From an uncultured Christensenella sp. (GTDB lineage: Bacteria > Bacillota > Clostridia > Christensenellales > UBA1242), in assembly GCA_949841595.1 (NCBI GenBank), contig CATKZB010000003.1:32320-96319 (forward strand): 64,000 nucleotides of DNA, read 5' to 3'. Positions within the stretch are counted from its first letter, which is position 1. The number at the start of each line of letters is the position of its first letter. Position numbers and translations under genes: made by a program. The notes under the pieces were generated by a model. That model worked only from the letters and a program-made list of their open reading frames with translations, did not search any database and was not told where the DNA came from. Positions 37,286-45,998 of this stretch are shown here, in pieces.

Positions 37286-37376
37286 AACATATTTGGCACA
37301 AAAAGCAAAATATTAAAAATAAAAAGTGATAATGGACATAAGTAATTTTGTAATTTTTCTACTATTTTACAATGAT

Positions 37377-37436
37377 TCAGTAATCTATAAATTTTGATTT
37401 CTTCTCAATATACTCAACTATTTTGTCAAACTCCAT
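37377..37436 (-). pseudogene. Relic of the yigZ 5' end (19 codons then stop)
   Basis: My own translation gives MEFDKIVEYIEKKSKFIDY*, compared with the intact yigZ MEFDKTVELIEKKSKFIGY... It has the same TGATG overlap with the XRE stop as in copy A. Confidence 0.7.
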
Positions 37437-37712
37437 CAATCTTCCAATCCAAAAATATAATCCATAGAGACGTTGAAATATTTTGCATACATCAGCAAAA
37501 TTTCAATGCTAGGTTCTCTAAGTCCCCTTTCCCAACGTGAAATTGTTGTATGACTTGCCATTAAAACTTGCCCTAATTCATTTAAAGACATATTTTTATT
37601 CAATCTTAATTCTCTTAATTTTTCACCAATAGTTTCCATAATTTTCTCCTTGTATGAAAATTATATCAAACCAAAAATGAAATTACTTTGATTTGTCCAA
37701 TTGGACAAAAGA
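37387..37712. repeat. Tandem duplication, unit B
   Basis: Same as unit A. It contains the second XRE gene and a 19-codon relic of yigZ. Confidence 0.85.
37436..37639 (-). CDS. XRE-family HTH regulator, duplicate copy B (67 aa, protein identical to copy A)
   Basis: The translations are identical in the ORF track. The DNA differs from copy A at 7 positions by my alignment. Confidence 0.85.
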   Translation of the reverse strand: METIGEKLRELRLNKNMSLNELGQVLMASHTTISRWERGLREPSIEILLMYAKYFNVSMDYIFGLED

Positions 37713-37771
37713 AATTTTAAAATACAAAAAAACATCAAAAATAAAAAGTGGAAACAATTTCCACTTTCTTT

Positions 37772-39010
37772 CTAACAAACTTTAACTTTGATAAAGTTTT
37801 TCTTTCCTTTTTTAAGCAATGCCCCGTCGCCTATGTCGTCTGCTGAGATGCTTTGTGCAAAATCAGAAACTTTTTCATTTTTAAAAGTTATTGCTCCACC
37901 TTGAACAAGACGTCTTGCTTCGCTCTTTGAAGGTGCAAGCCCTGTTTTAAACAAAACATCACAGATGTTCATTGGAAACTCGGCTTTTGCAATTTCCACA
38001 ACAGGTGCATCATCTCCCCCATTCGCAAACAGGTTTTCGCTCATGTTTTGTGCTGTTTTTGCATCTTCTTCCCCACGAACAAACTTTGTCATTTCAAAAG
38101 ACAAAACTTTTTTTGCATTCACAATGTCTTTTGCAATCATTTCTCTTACCGTTGACATTGGAATGTCTGTGAAGAGTGCAAACATCATCTCAACACAAGC
38201 ATCTGGCGTTTGATAAACCCCTTGATAAAAATCATAAGCAGAAATTTTGTCTTTATCAATCCAAATTGCGCCTTTTTCTGTCTTTCCCATTTTCTTTCCA
38301 TCTGGAGTCATCAAAAGTGGATTTGTTGCACCCACAAGTTGAACATTTGTTCCATTTGCAAAATTCAGTTTTCTTTGAAGTTCCACTCCTGCAACAATGT
38401 TTCCCCATTGGTCTTGTCCACCGTATTGCAAAACACAGCCATGAGACCTGTTGAGATGAACAAAGTCATATGCTTGCATAAGCATGTAACCCATTTCAAA
38501 GAAAGTCAAGCCCCCTTCTTCAATTCTGTTGGCATAAATCTCATTTGAGAGCATTTTGTTCACATTGAAATGAACGCCAATATCTCTCATAAAATCAACA
38601 TAATCATATCCCTTAAACCAATCAGCATTGTTGACAATGATTGCAGGATTTTCTCCGTCAAAATCCAAAAACACCTTCAATGTGTTCTTTATTTTTTCTA
38701 TATTTTTTTCGACATCTTCTTTGGTGAGCATCTTTCTCAACTCTTGTTTGCCACTTGGGTCACCAACACATGCTGTTGCCCCACCCATAAGAAGAACAAC
38801 CTTATGCCCTGCTTTTTGAAAACGTCTTAAAATGCAATATGGCACACAATGCCCAATATGCAAACTGTCTGCTGTTGGATCTGTCCCTTCATATAATGTG
38901 ATTGGCTTGCCACTTTCAAGAAGTTTCTTTAAAGCCTCTTCATCTGTGCATTGATACAAAAGCCCTCTTTCCTTTATTGTGTTAAACAAATTTGTGTCAA
39001 TCTTACTCAT
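37772..39010 (-). CDS. tyrS: Tyrosyl-tRNA synthetase
   Basis: 412 aa with class-I HIGH (LHIGHCVP) and KMSKS-type (KMGKT) motifs and a C-terminal S4-like domain. Confidence 0.95.
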   Translation of the reverse strand: MSKIDTNLFNTIKERGLLYQCTDEEALKKLLESGKPITLYEGTDPTADSLHIGHCVPYCILRRFQKAGHKVVLLMGGATACVGDPSGKQELRKMLTKEDVEKNIEKIKNTLKVFLDFDGENPAIIVNNADWFKGYDYVDFMRDIGVHFNVNKMLSNEIYANRIEEGGLTFFEMGYMLMQAYDFVHLNRSHGCVLQYGGQDQWGNIVAGVELQRKLNFANGTNVQLVGATNPLLMTPDGKKMGKTEKGAIWIDKDKISAYDFYQGVYQTPDACVEMMFALFTDIPMSTVREMIAKDIVNAKKVLSFEMTKFVRGEEDAKTAQNMSENLFANGGDDAPVVEIAKAEFPMNICDVLFKTGLAPSKSEARRLVQGGAITFKNEKVSDFAQSISADDIGDGALLKKGKKNFIKVKVC

Positions 39011-39019
39011 CTTTCACTC

Positions 39020-39353
39020 CTTAACAAAAAAGCACACTCTTCCTGATTTTTAGGACGAAGTGTGCATTCGTGGTACCACCTAAATTCAATTGGGAAAATC
39101 TCAACTCCGTTTAACGCTGACACGAAAAACAAAAGTTTTTCTAAACAGCCTCTGTCGTTGTTTTCTTCTCCCAATCCTTATTTGCCATTCGCTGGCATCT
39201 TGCGCAAAACTTGAAACGACTGTAATTCAATTTTTGTTGGTCAAGGTTTTTCATCTGCCAACCCCTTTCTGCAGACAGCCCAAAAATCTACTGCTTTTCG
39301 CTCCACCATTTTGATTATGTGTGCATTTTATCAAAAACAAAACCATTTGTCAA
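39020..39353 (-). promoter_or_regulatory. Promoter plus T-box leader (Tyr) controlling tyrS
   Basis: The minus strand has TTGACA (39348-39353), a 17-nt spacer and TAAAAT (39325-39330). There are stem-I AGAAAG/GGCAGATGAAA elements and a UAC-A specifier candidate in GAATTACAG. The T-box core AATTTAGGTGGTACCACGAA is at about 39066-39088. The terminator is GCACACTTCGTCC...GGAAGAGTGTGC plus a T-run. The 74-aa ORF at 39090-39314 inside the leader is spurious. Confidence 0.85.
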
Positions 39354-39464
39354 CAAAATGCACTTTGTTTGTTTATTTTGAATAAAAACTCTTGTAACAA
39401 CTTTTTATATTCACTTTGAAAATGCCCTTATTTTTGTTATACTTTCTTTGAAAAGGAGATTTAA

Positions 39465-40145
39465 ATGGAAAAAAACAAAAACTGTGTAAAAAACATGCAC
39501 GGTCATGGTCCTTCACCTATCCCACAAGAGGGTAAATGGGATCAAACAAAAGAGATTACTCAAATTTCTGGGTTTTCCCATGGTTGTGGAACTTGTGCCC
39601 CACAACAAGGTGCATGCAAACTCACTTTGAATGTCAAAAATGGCATAATCAAAGAAGCACTCATCGAAACCATTGGCTGTTCTGGAATGACGCATTCTGC
39701 TGCCATGGCTGGAGAAATTTTGACGGGAAAAACACTGCTTGAAGCCTTGAACACTGACCTTGTTTGTGACGCCATCAATGACGCAATGAAAAACATCTTT
39801 CTTCAACTTGTTTATGGAAGAAGTCAATCAGCTTTTTCACTTGGTGGACTTGAAGTGGGCTCATCTATGGAAGATTTGGGAAAACACAAAACAAGCCAAG
39901 TCGGAACAATTGTTTCTACTGAAGAAGGTGGTGTGAGATATCTCAACTTGACGGAAGGTTACATCACAAAAATGGCTCTTGACAAAAATGGCGAAACAAT
40001 AGGCTATGAATATGTCAACCTTGGGCTTTTACTCAAAAATTTGCAAGACAAAAATTTGACAAAAGAAGAAGCTATTGAAAAATCAACCAAACATTATGGA
40101 AGATTTGACGAAGCTTGCAGAATTGTCAATCCAAGGGAGGAATAG
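39465..40145 (+). CDS. NifU/IscU-like Fe-S scaffold-domain protein with a C-terminal extension
   Basis: 226 aa with Cys motifs HGCGTCAPQQGAC and GCSGMTHSAAMAGEILTGKTLLEAL, resembling the IscU/NifU N-domain. Confidence 0.6.
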   Translation: MEKNKNCVKNMHGHGPSPIPQEGKWDQTKEITQISGFSHGCGTCAPQQGACKLTLNVKNGIIKEALIETIGCSGMTHSAAMAGEILTGKTLLEALNTDLVCDAINDAMKNIFLQLVYGRSQSAFSLGGLEVGSSMEDLGKHKTSQVGTIVSTEEGGVRYLNLTEGYITKMALDKNGETIGYEYVNLGLLLKNLQDKNLTKEEAIEKSTKHYGRFDEACRIVNPREE

Positions 40146-40147
40146 TC

Positions 40148-41137
40148 ATGGAAGAATTGAAAAAATATGCAAATTTGCCAAAAGTTTTGAAACAATATGG
40201 CTTCAAAACAATCGAAGATGCAAAAAAATTATGCTTGGAAAACAACATTGACGTTGAAAAAATAGTTCGTGAAATTCAACCTATCTGCTTTGACTCTGCC
40301 GTTTGGGCTTACACCCTTGGCACTGCAATTGCACTCAAATCAGATTGCAAAAATGCAAGCGAATATGCCGAAAAAATTGGTGAAGGTTTGCAAGCTTTCT
40401 GTGTTGCAAGTTCTGTTGCTGACGAAAGACAAATCGGACTTGGCCATGGCAGACTTGCAGGCAGACTTTTGGACGAAAACACAAAATGTTTCTGTTTCTT
40501 GGCTGGGCACGAAAGTTTTGCAGCAGCTGAAGGTGCTATGGGCATCGCAAGAACAGCAAACAAAATCAGAAAAACACCTCTTAAAATCATCTTGAATGGA
40601 CTTGGAAAAGACGCTGCTTACATCATTGCAAGAGTCAATGGCTTCACTTATGTAAACACAAGATTCAATCGTGACACCCAAAAATTGGAAATTTTGAAAG
40701 AAATTCCTTTCTCAACAGGAGAAAAGGCAAAAGTTAAAATTTACGGTTCTTTTGATGTAAGTGAAGGTGTGGCAATCATGCAACATGAAGAAGTGGATGT
40801 TTCAATCACTGGAAATTCAACCAATCCAACAAGATTCCAACATCCTGTGGCTGGCACTTACAAAAAATGGTGTTATGACAACGGAAAGAAATATTTTTCA
40901 GTTGCTTCTGGTGGTGGCACTGGCAGAACACTGCACCCAGACAACATGAGATGTGGTCCTGCAAGTTATGGAATGACAGACACCATGGGAAGAATGCACT
41001 GTGACGCCCAATTTGCTGGCAGTTCTTCCGTGCCTGCTCATGTGGCTATGATGGGCTTTATTGGAATGGGCAACAACCCAATGGTTGGAGCAACGGTTTC
41101 TCTTGCTGTGAACGTTGCACTCGCAAAAAACAAATAA
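40148..41137 (+). CDS. GGGtGRT-family protein (conserved, function unknown)
   Basis: It contains the eponymous motif ASGGGTGRTLHPDNM. The ATG at 40148 follows a GGGAGG RBS and overlaps the end of the upstream gene. Confidence 0.7.
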   Translation: MEELKKYANLPKVLKQYGFKTIEDAKKLCLENNIDVEKIVREIQPICFDSAVWAYTLGTAIALKSDCKNASEYAEKIGEGLQAFCVASSVADERQIGLGHGRLAGRLLDENTKCFCFLAGHESFAAAEGAMGIARTANKIRKTPLKIILNGLGKDAAYIIARVNGFTYVNTRFNRDTQKLEILKEIPFSTGEKAKVKIYGSFDVSEGVAIMQHEEVDVSITGNSTNPTRFQHPVAGTYKKWCYDNGKKYFSVASGGGTGRTLHPDNMRCGPASYGMTDTMGRMHCDAQFAGSSSVPAHVAMMGFIGMGNNPMVGATVSLAVNVALAKNK

Positions 41138-41148
41138 GGAGATTTGAT

Positions 41149-42042
41149 ATGAACAAATTTGATAAAATCGATCAAGCAGTTATATTGATGGCAGGACTTG
41201 GGACACGCTTCCTGCCAGCCACAAAAGCAGTGGCAAAAGAGCTTTTCCCAATCGAAAACAAACCAGCACTTCTGTGTCACCTTCAAGAATTATATAAAAG
41301 TGGAATCAAAAGAGTTTGCCTAGTTATTTCAAAAGAAAAAGATTCTGTGAAAGATTTTCTGAAACACAACAAAAGATTGGAAGAAAGCCTTAAAAACACA
41401 GGAAAACTTGATTTGCTTAAAGAACTTAATGAAATAATCGACAACATGCAAATTGACTTTGTTTATCAAGGCAAAATGAATGGCTCTGGTGGAGCGATTT
41501 ATTCAACAAAAAAATGGACAAAAAACAAACCATTCGCACTTATTCTTGGTGATGACCTTTGCAAAGTGGAGAAAAACAAAACTCCAGCAATCGGACAACT
41601 TATGAAAGCTTACGAAAAAACTGGAAAATCTGTGATTGGTGCAAAACCTTTCCCAAATGATGTTATATACAAATATTCTTCAATTGTGAAAGGCAAAAAG
41701 CTTTTTGACAAATGTTTTGAAATGCAAAACATCATAGAAAAACCAGCCAAAGGCACAGAACCTTCAAACTTGGTTGGACTTGCCAGATATGTGCTCACCC
41801 CTGACATTTATCCAGAACTTCTGAAATGCCCTAAATTTGCAAATGGAGAAGTTAGATTCACAGATGCTGTCAGTGTTTTGGCTCAACAAGGCAAAGCAGT
41901 ATGTTTTGAATTTGACGCAAAATATTATGACTGTGGAAACAAACTTGAATATGTTAAGTGTATTGTTGAACATGCTCTTGAAGACAAAACAATTTCATCT
42001 GACCTTTTGGAATATCTTAAAACCTTAAACAAAAAAGCATAA
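41149..42042 (+). CDS. galU: UTP--glucose-1-phosphate uridylyltransferase
   Basis: 297 aa with AVILMAGLGTRFLPATKAVAKELFPI and VEKP-type (IIEKPAKG) motifs. Confidence 0.9.
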   Translation: MNKFDKIDQAVILMAGLGTRFLPATKAVAKELFPIENKPALLCHLQELYKSGIKRVCLVISKEKDSVKDFLKHNKRLEESLKNTGKLDLLKELNEIIDNMQIDFVYQGKMNGSGGAIYSTKKWTKNKPFALILGDDLCKVEKNKTPAIGQLMKAYEKTGKSVIGAKPFPNDVIYKYSSIVKGKKLFDKCFEMQNIIEKPAKGTEPSNLVGLARYVLTPDIYPELLKCPKFANGEVRFTDAVSVLAQQGKAVCFEFDAKYYDCGNKLEYVKCIVEHALEDKTISSDLLEYLKTLNKKA

Positions 42043-42080
42043 ATTCCCTCCTCTTGCACACAATAAAAGCAGGAGGGATT

Positions 42081-42245
42081 ATGTCACATAAATATAGACC
42101 TGGAGATCAAGTTCCAGCAACAGGAAACTACACTGCTTTTGACAAAGAAGGTCAAGACGGTGGAACAACTTACCTTGAAAGAGGCAAAAGATTTCCTGCC
42201 ACACAACACGAAGGCAGCTACTACGTTTTAACAGACGAAATTTAA
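42081..42245 (+). CDS. YjzC-like small protein
   Basis: MSHKYRPGDQVPATGNYTAFDKEGQDGG...RFPATQHEGSYYVL. The ATG follows an AGGAGGG RBS. The family assignment is from memory. Confidence 0.55.
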   Translation: MSHKYRPGDQVPATGNYTAFDKEGQDGGTTYLERGKRFPATQHEGSYYVLTDEI

Positions 42246-42272
42246 AAAAAGACGGCAAAAGCCGTCTTTTTT
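42244..42272. terminator. Bidirectional intrinsic terminator
   Basis: GACGGC (42251-42256), loop AAAA, GCCGTC (42261-42266), with flanking A and T runs. Confidence 0.75.
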
Positions 42273-43131
42273 ATTCATCAATTTTATTTTTATTTTCTTC
42301 AAAAATCTCATTAAATTCATGCAGTTTGCCATTCAACTTATAACCCACAAAAGTGTCGACATTGACATTATGAATGCTCCTAAAAATATGATTTTCAACT
42401 TCTGGTATTGATTTCTTTAAGTTTTTAATCAAATTTTTAACTTCTAACCTTGCTGAAGGAGAAATTTCATCTGCCCTTATTGCACACTTTTCTGTAAATC
42501 TGCAAGCACATTGCAAAAATGTCAAATTGTTATGATTTTTCCAAGAAATTATGTCCTCCTCATGCACACAATAAAGTGGTCTGATAAGTTCCATTCCTTC
42601 AAAATTTTGTGAACGCAATTTTGGCAACATCGCTTGAAGTTGTGCCCCATAAAGCATTCCCATAACTGTAGTTTCAATCACATCACTGAAGTGATGCCCC
42701 AAAGCAATTTTGTTGCAACCCAATTTTTTTGCTTCGTTATATAAATGTCCCCTGCGCATCCTGGCACATAAATAACATGGCGACTTTTCAATGTTCACAA
42801 CACTATCGAAAATCTCAGTTTCAAAAATGGTAAGTGGAATTTCTAATTTTTTTGCATTTTCTTCAATTTGGTTTCGATTTGCACTGTTATAGCCTGGATC
42901 CATACACAAAAACACAAGATCAAACTTTGTTTCACTATATCGTTGCAATATTTGCATAAGCTTTGCTAATAACATGCTGTCTTTGCCACCTGAAATGCAC
43001 ACAGCAATTTTATCTCCATCATTCACAAGTTTATATGTTTTCAAAGCAAGAATAAACTTAGACCAAATGGTCTTTTTATATTTTTTCATAATGCTTCTTT
43101 CAATAAATTGTGCTTGCGATAATTCTTTCAT
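42271..43131 (-). CDS. ttcA: PP-loop ATPase of the TtcA / tRNA 2-thiocytidine biosynthesis family
   Basis: 286 aa with the PP-loop VCISGGKDSMLL and Cys motifs CYLCARMRRG and CACRF. Confidence 0.8.
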   Translation of the reverse strand: MKELSQAQFIERSIMKKYKKTIWSKFILALKTYKLVNDGDKIAVCISGGKDSMLLAKLMQILQRYSETKFDLVFLCMDPGYNSANRNQIEENAKKLEIPLTIFETEIFDSVVNIEKSPCYLCARMRRGHLYNEAKKLGCNKIALGHHFSDVIETTVMGMLYGAQLQAMLPKLRSQNFEGMELIRPLYCVHEEDIISWKNHNNLTFLQCACRFTEKCAIRADEISPSARLEVKNLIKNLKKSIPEVENHIFRSIHNVNVDTFVGYKLNGKLHEFNEIFEENKNKIDE

Positions 43132-43197
43132 AAAAATATATTACTATTTTTTTAAGATTTTTTCAATAATTTCTTATAAGTTGCACAAACTATTTTT

Positions 43198-43311
43198 ATG
43201 AAAAAACGAAAAAAGAAAAATTTGTTGCAAAGCAAAAATGACCCATTAGGTTCTTACACAGGCAATCCTGTAGATGACTTTGACATTGTTCAAGACGCTG
43301 ATGATCTATAA
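43198..43311 (+). CDS. Possible 37-aa small protein (MKKRKKKNLLQSKNDPLGSYTGNPVDDFDIVQDADDL)
   Basis: My own translation. The ORF is followed at once by a strong hairpin plus T-run (CTCAAGA...TCTTGAGA). No SD-like RBS is visible. The antisense 64-aa track ORF at 43196-43390 looks spurious. Confidence 0.35.
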   Translation: MKKRKKKNLLQSKNDPLGSYTGNPVDDFDIVQDADDL

Positions 43312-43344
43312 AAAATCTCAAGATTTCTCTTGAGATTTGTTTTT

Positions 43345-44127
43345 TTATTTTTTCGGAATCAACCTTATAATGAGTTTCAAAATTCTCCAAATATAATATA
43401 AAAGTTGATTTACAAAATCAAGCACATAACTTGTTATATAAGTTTGATACAAAAGTTTTGCGTCTTCAATTTCTTCACTATTTAAAAGATTGATTTTTTC
43501 AATAAACTCAATGGCTTTGTTGCAAGCTTTCTTTTCAATTGGAATATTTAATATAACCACAATGAATGCTGCAAGATACCAAACAACAGCAATAGCAGTA
43601 AAGATAATAGTGAAAAGACCTAAATTGTTCATTGCCAAAATGTCAATCAACACACCGATTAAAAACAAAGGTAAAACTGCAAAAGGTGCAAAATAACCCA
43701 TTGTCATCAAAACTGATCTCGTTTTGATTTTCTTATCTCCATCTTTGTCCATTTTTGCCAATGCAACTTTCTGTGTTGCCAAAGCAACTGCTGTTAAACT
43801 TGAATTGTTATATATATTCTTTCTAAGTCTTATCTTTTTTGCAAAAGGACTGTAACTGTTTCCTAAAAACAAAGCTGAAAAGAAATTGCACTTAACAACT
43901 CTGACATCATCAATACCCAATCCTTTCAAAAGTTGTTCTGCAGTTTGAGCTCCTGTCAAACCATTCGACACTTGGTGTTTGTTGAATTTCACATATCTTG
44001 CTGCAAGAACATATTTCCAAATCGAAGCAACCAAGGAAACCCCTGCAAATATCGCCAAAACGACGATAGCAACAATGCTTAAAGTTGAAACTAATGCACT
44101 TGATGTGTCTAAAAGTAAACTGAACAT
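43345..44127 (-). CDS. YugP-like membrane protein (Zn-peptidase_2 fold family) lacking the HExxH motif
   Basis: 260 aa with N- and C-terminal TM helices. The soluble core aligns from memory with YugP-type proteins (GLTGAQTAEQLL...IDDVRV...KIRLRKNIY...), but AAHExGHA is replaced by VALATQKVALA. Confidence 0.55.
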   Translation of the reverse strand: MFSLLLDTSSALVSTLSIVAIVVLAIFAGVSLVASIWKYVLAARYVKFNKHQVSNGLTGAQTAEQLLKGLGIDDVRVVKCNFFSALFLGNSYSPFAKKIRLRKNIYNNSSLTAVALATQKVALAKMDKDGDKKIKTRSVLMTMGYFAPFAVLPLFLIGVLIDILAMNNLGLFTIIFTAIAVVWYLAAFIVVILNIPIEKKACNKAIEFIEKINLLNSEEIEDAKLLYQTYITSYVLDFVNQLLYYIWRILKLIIRLIPKK

Positions 44128-44142
44128 TTTAACCTCCTAAAT

Positions 44143-44862
44143 TTATTTTTCAATAATTTTTTGTCTCATAGATTTATATTCTTCTTCTGTTATGAGCCCA
44201 GATGATTCCATTTCATCAAGTTTTTTCAATTCTTCTTCCATATTTTTAACTGATTTTTGATCATTTTCTTTGCTTAAAGCACCAAAATCAATATTGCTTG
44301 AAACAGGTTGTGTTTCTCTAACTTTAACATCTGCTTTTCCGGTTTTAACTCTTTTGTTAAAGATTGCCAAATCAACAATCTTGATAACTGCAGAAAAGAG
44401 CAAAAGTGCTGCAATTATTAAGAACAAAATTCTTATGTCTTCGTTGAATGCTATTGCGATAAACAACATAAGAGCCATCAAAATAAAGTCTGTAACAATG
44501 GTAAAAATAACAAAGCCTTTTCTGTTGTAGTATGCTTTATCATTTTTGAATGCTGAAATTACCAACATTATTCCTAAAACGATGTAACAAATGCTAACCA
44601 CCAACGAAAATGCAACAAAAACAAACATAAGAGGAAGGAAAATTATCCCCACCAATCCCATAGCAATACCAGTTGCTGCATCATCATTCCCTTGTTGGAA
44701 AAAATTTGGTATTACATAACCAATAACATATCCAATACATATTATCAATGCAACTGCAAGCAGAAAACTTATCACTCCTGAAAAGAATGTCAGCCATTTC
44801 GCTTTGCTTTTCTTTTGCACAACAGCCACTTCTTCTGTTTGAAAATCATTAACTTCTTTCAT
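44143..44862 (-). CDS. Multi-pass membrane protein with C-terminal SHOCT domain
   Basis: The start is the ATG at 44860-44862, after a GGGGAGG RBS. The C-terminus is LDEMESSGLITEEEYKSMRQKII. Confidence 0.7.
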   Translation of the reverse strand: MKEVNDFQTEEVAVVQKKSKAKWLTFFSGVISFLLAVALIICIGYVIGYVIPNFFQQGNDDAATGIAMGLVGIIFLPLMFVFVAFSLVVSICYIVLGIMLVISAFKNDKAYYNRKGFVIFTIVTDFILMALMLFIAIAFNEDIRILFLIIAALLLFSAVIKIVDLAIFNKRVKTGKADVKVRETQPVSSNIDFGALSKENDQKSVKNMEEELKKLDEMESSGLITEEEYKSMRQKIIEK

Positions 44863-44997
44863 ATCCTCCCCTTTTATGTGATTAGTATAACATAATGTAT
44901 GAGGAATACAAACCAATTTAATAATTTTTTTGCAATTGTTTTAAATATTTTGAAACAAAATGCTTTTGTGTTAAACTTGATTTAAGGAGAACTAATT

Positions 44998-45972
44998 ATG
45001 ACAAAACCAAAGAAGATAATTTTTGTTTCACTCTCCATTATTTTTGCTGTTATATCAATTTTTATGATATTTTGGTATTTTGGAGATAGTTATCATGAAT
45101 TTTATTCTATTTCATCAAAAGAATTTAAAATAATGGGTCTTGATGAAGGTTTCACTCCACAGGGGCTATGTTATGAAAGCGACACTGAAAAATTTTTGAC
45201 ATGTGGTTATATGAAAAACGGTTCTGCCTCCAGAATTTATGTAGTGGACAAAAAGAAAAATAAAACAGACAAATATTTCACCTTAAGACATAATGCTGAC
45301 ATCTACACAGGTCATGCTGGTGGAATCGCCACCAACGGAATAAGCGTTTGGATTGTTGGAGATGGAATGGTACATAGATTTGATTATTTCAAAGTTCAAA
45401 CCGTTGAAAACGGTGGCATTATTGACATTGTTGATAGTTTTGAAACTAAAAATGGTGCTGATTTTGTCACTGTCGAAAACAACAATTTATGGGTAGGTGA
45501 ATTCCATAAAAAAGGAAAGTATGACACCCCTGATTCCCATTTTATTGAAACTGAAACAGGTTCAACAAATTCGGCAATCAGTTTTTGTTATGAAATTTCT
45601 GATAACGAAAAGTGTGGTGTTACTTCATTAGTTCCAACAAAAGCACTGTCAACAGGGTCATTGGTTCAAGGAATGGTTGTTCTGGATGATAAAATAATTC
45701 TGTCAACTTCATATTCATTAGCAAATTCGCACATATATACATACGAAAACATTTTAAGTGGCACTGCGTCCACTTTTGATTTTGAAGGTACTGAAATTCC
45801 ATTGTTTATATTAAGCGACAAGCAATTGATAAAAGACTTAGAAACTCCATGCATGAGTGAAGAAATCACTTTTGCTGAAGGAAAGATATATATCATGTTT
45901 GAAAGTGCTTGCCAAAAATATAGACTGTTCACTCGCGAACCTTTATATAATAGCTATAGCTACAAAATATAA
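44998..45972 (+). CDS. Membrane-anchored hypothetical protein
   Basis: 324 aa with an N-terminal TM helix followed by a beta-rich ectodomain. I recognise no motif. Confidence 0.6.
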   Translation: MTKPKKIIFVSLSIIFAVISIFMIFWYFGDSYHEFYSISSKEFKIMGLDEGFTPQGLCYESDTEKFLTCGYMKNGSASRIYVVDKKKNKTDKYFTLRHNADIYTGHAGGIATNGISVWIVGDGMVHRFDYFKVQTVENGGIIDIVDSFETKNGADFVTVENNNLWVGEFHKKGKYDTPDSHFIETETGSTNSAISFCYEISDNEKCGVTSLVPTKALSTGSLVQGMVVLDDKIILSTSYSLANSHIYTYENILSGTASTFDFEGTEIPLFILSDKQLIKDLETPCMSEEITFAEGKIYIMFESACQKYRLFTREPLYNSYSYKI

Positions 45973-45998
45973 AAAAAACTTGAGAATTCTCAAGTTTT

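Noticed and set aside
39090-39314. 74-aa plus-strand ORF between tyrS and the NifU-like gene
   Set aside because: It is antisense to the tyrS T-box leader and is explained by that leader.
43196-43390. 64-aa minus-strand ORF overlapping the end of the YugP-like gene
   Set aside because: It overlaps a better-supported gene and a terminator, and has no RBS. The short plus-strand ORF at 43198-43311 is the more plausible reading.
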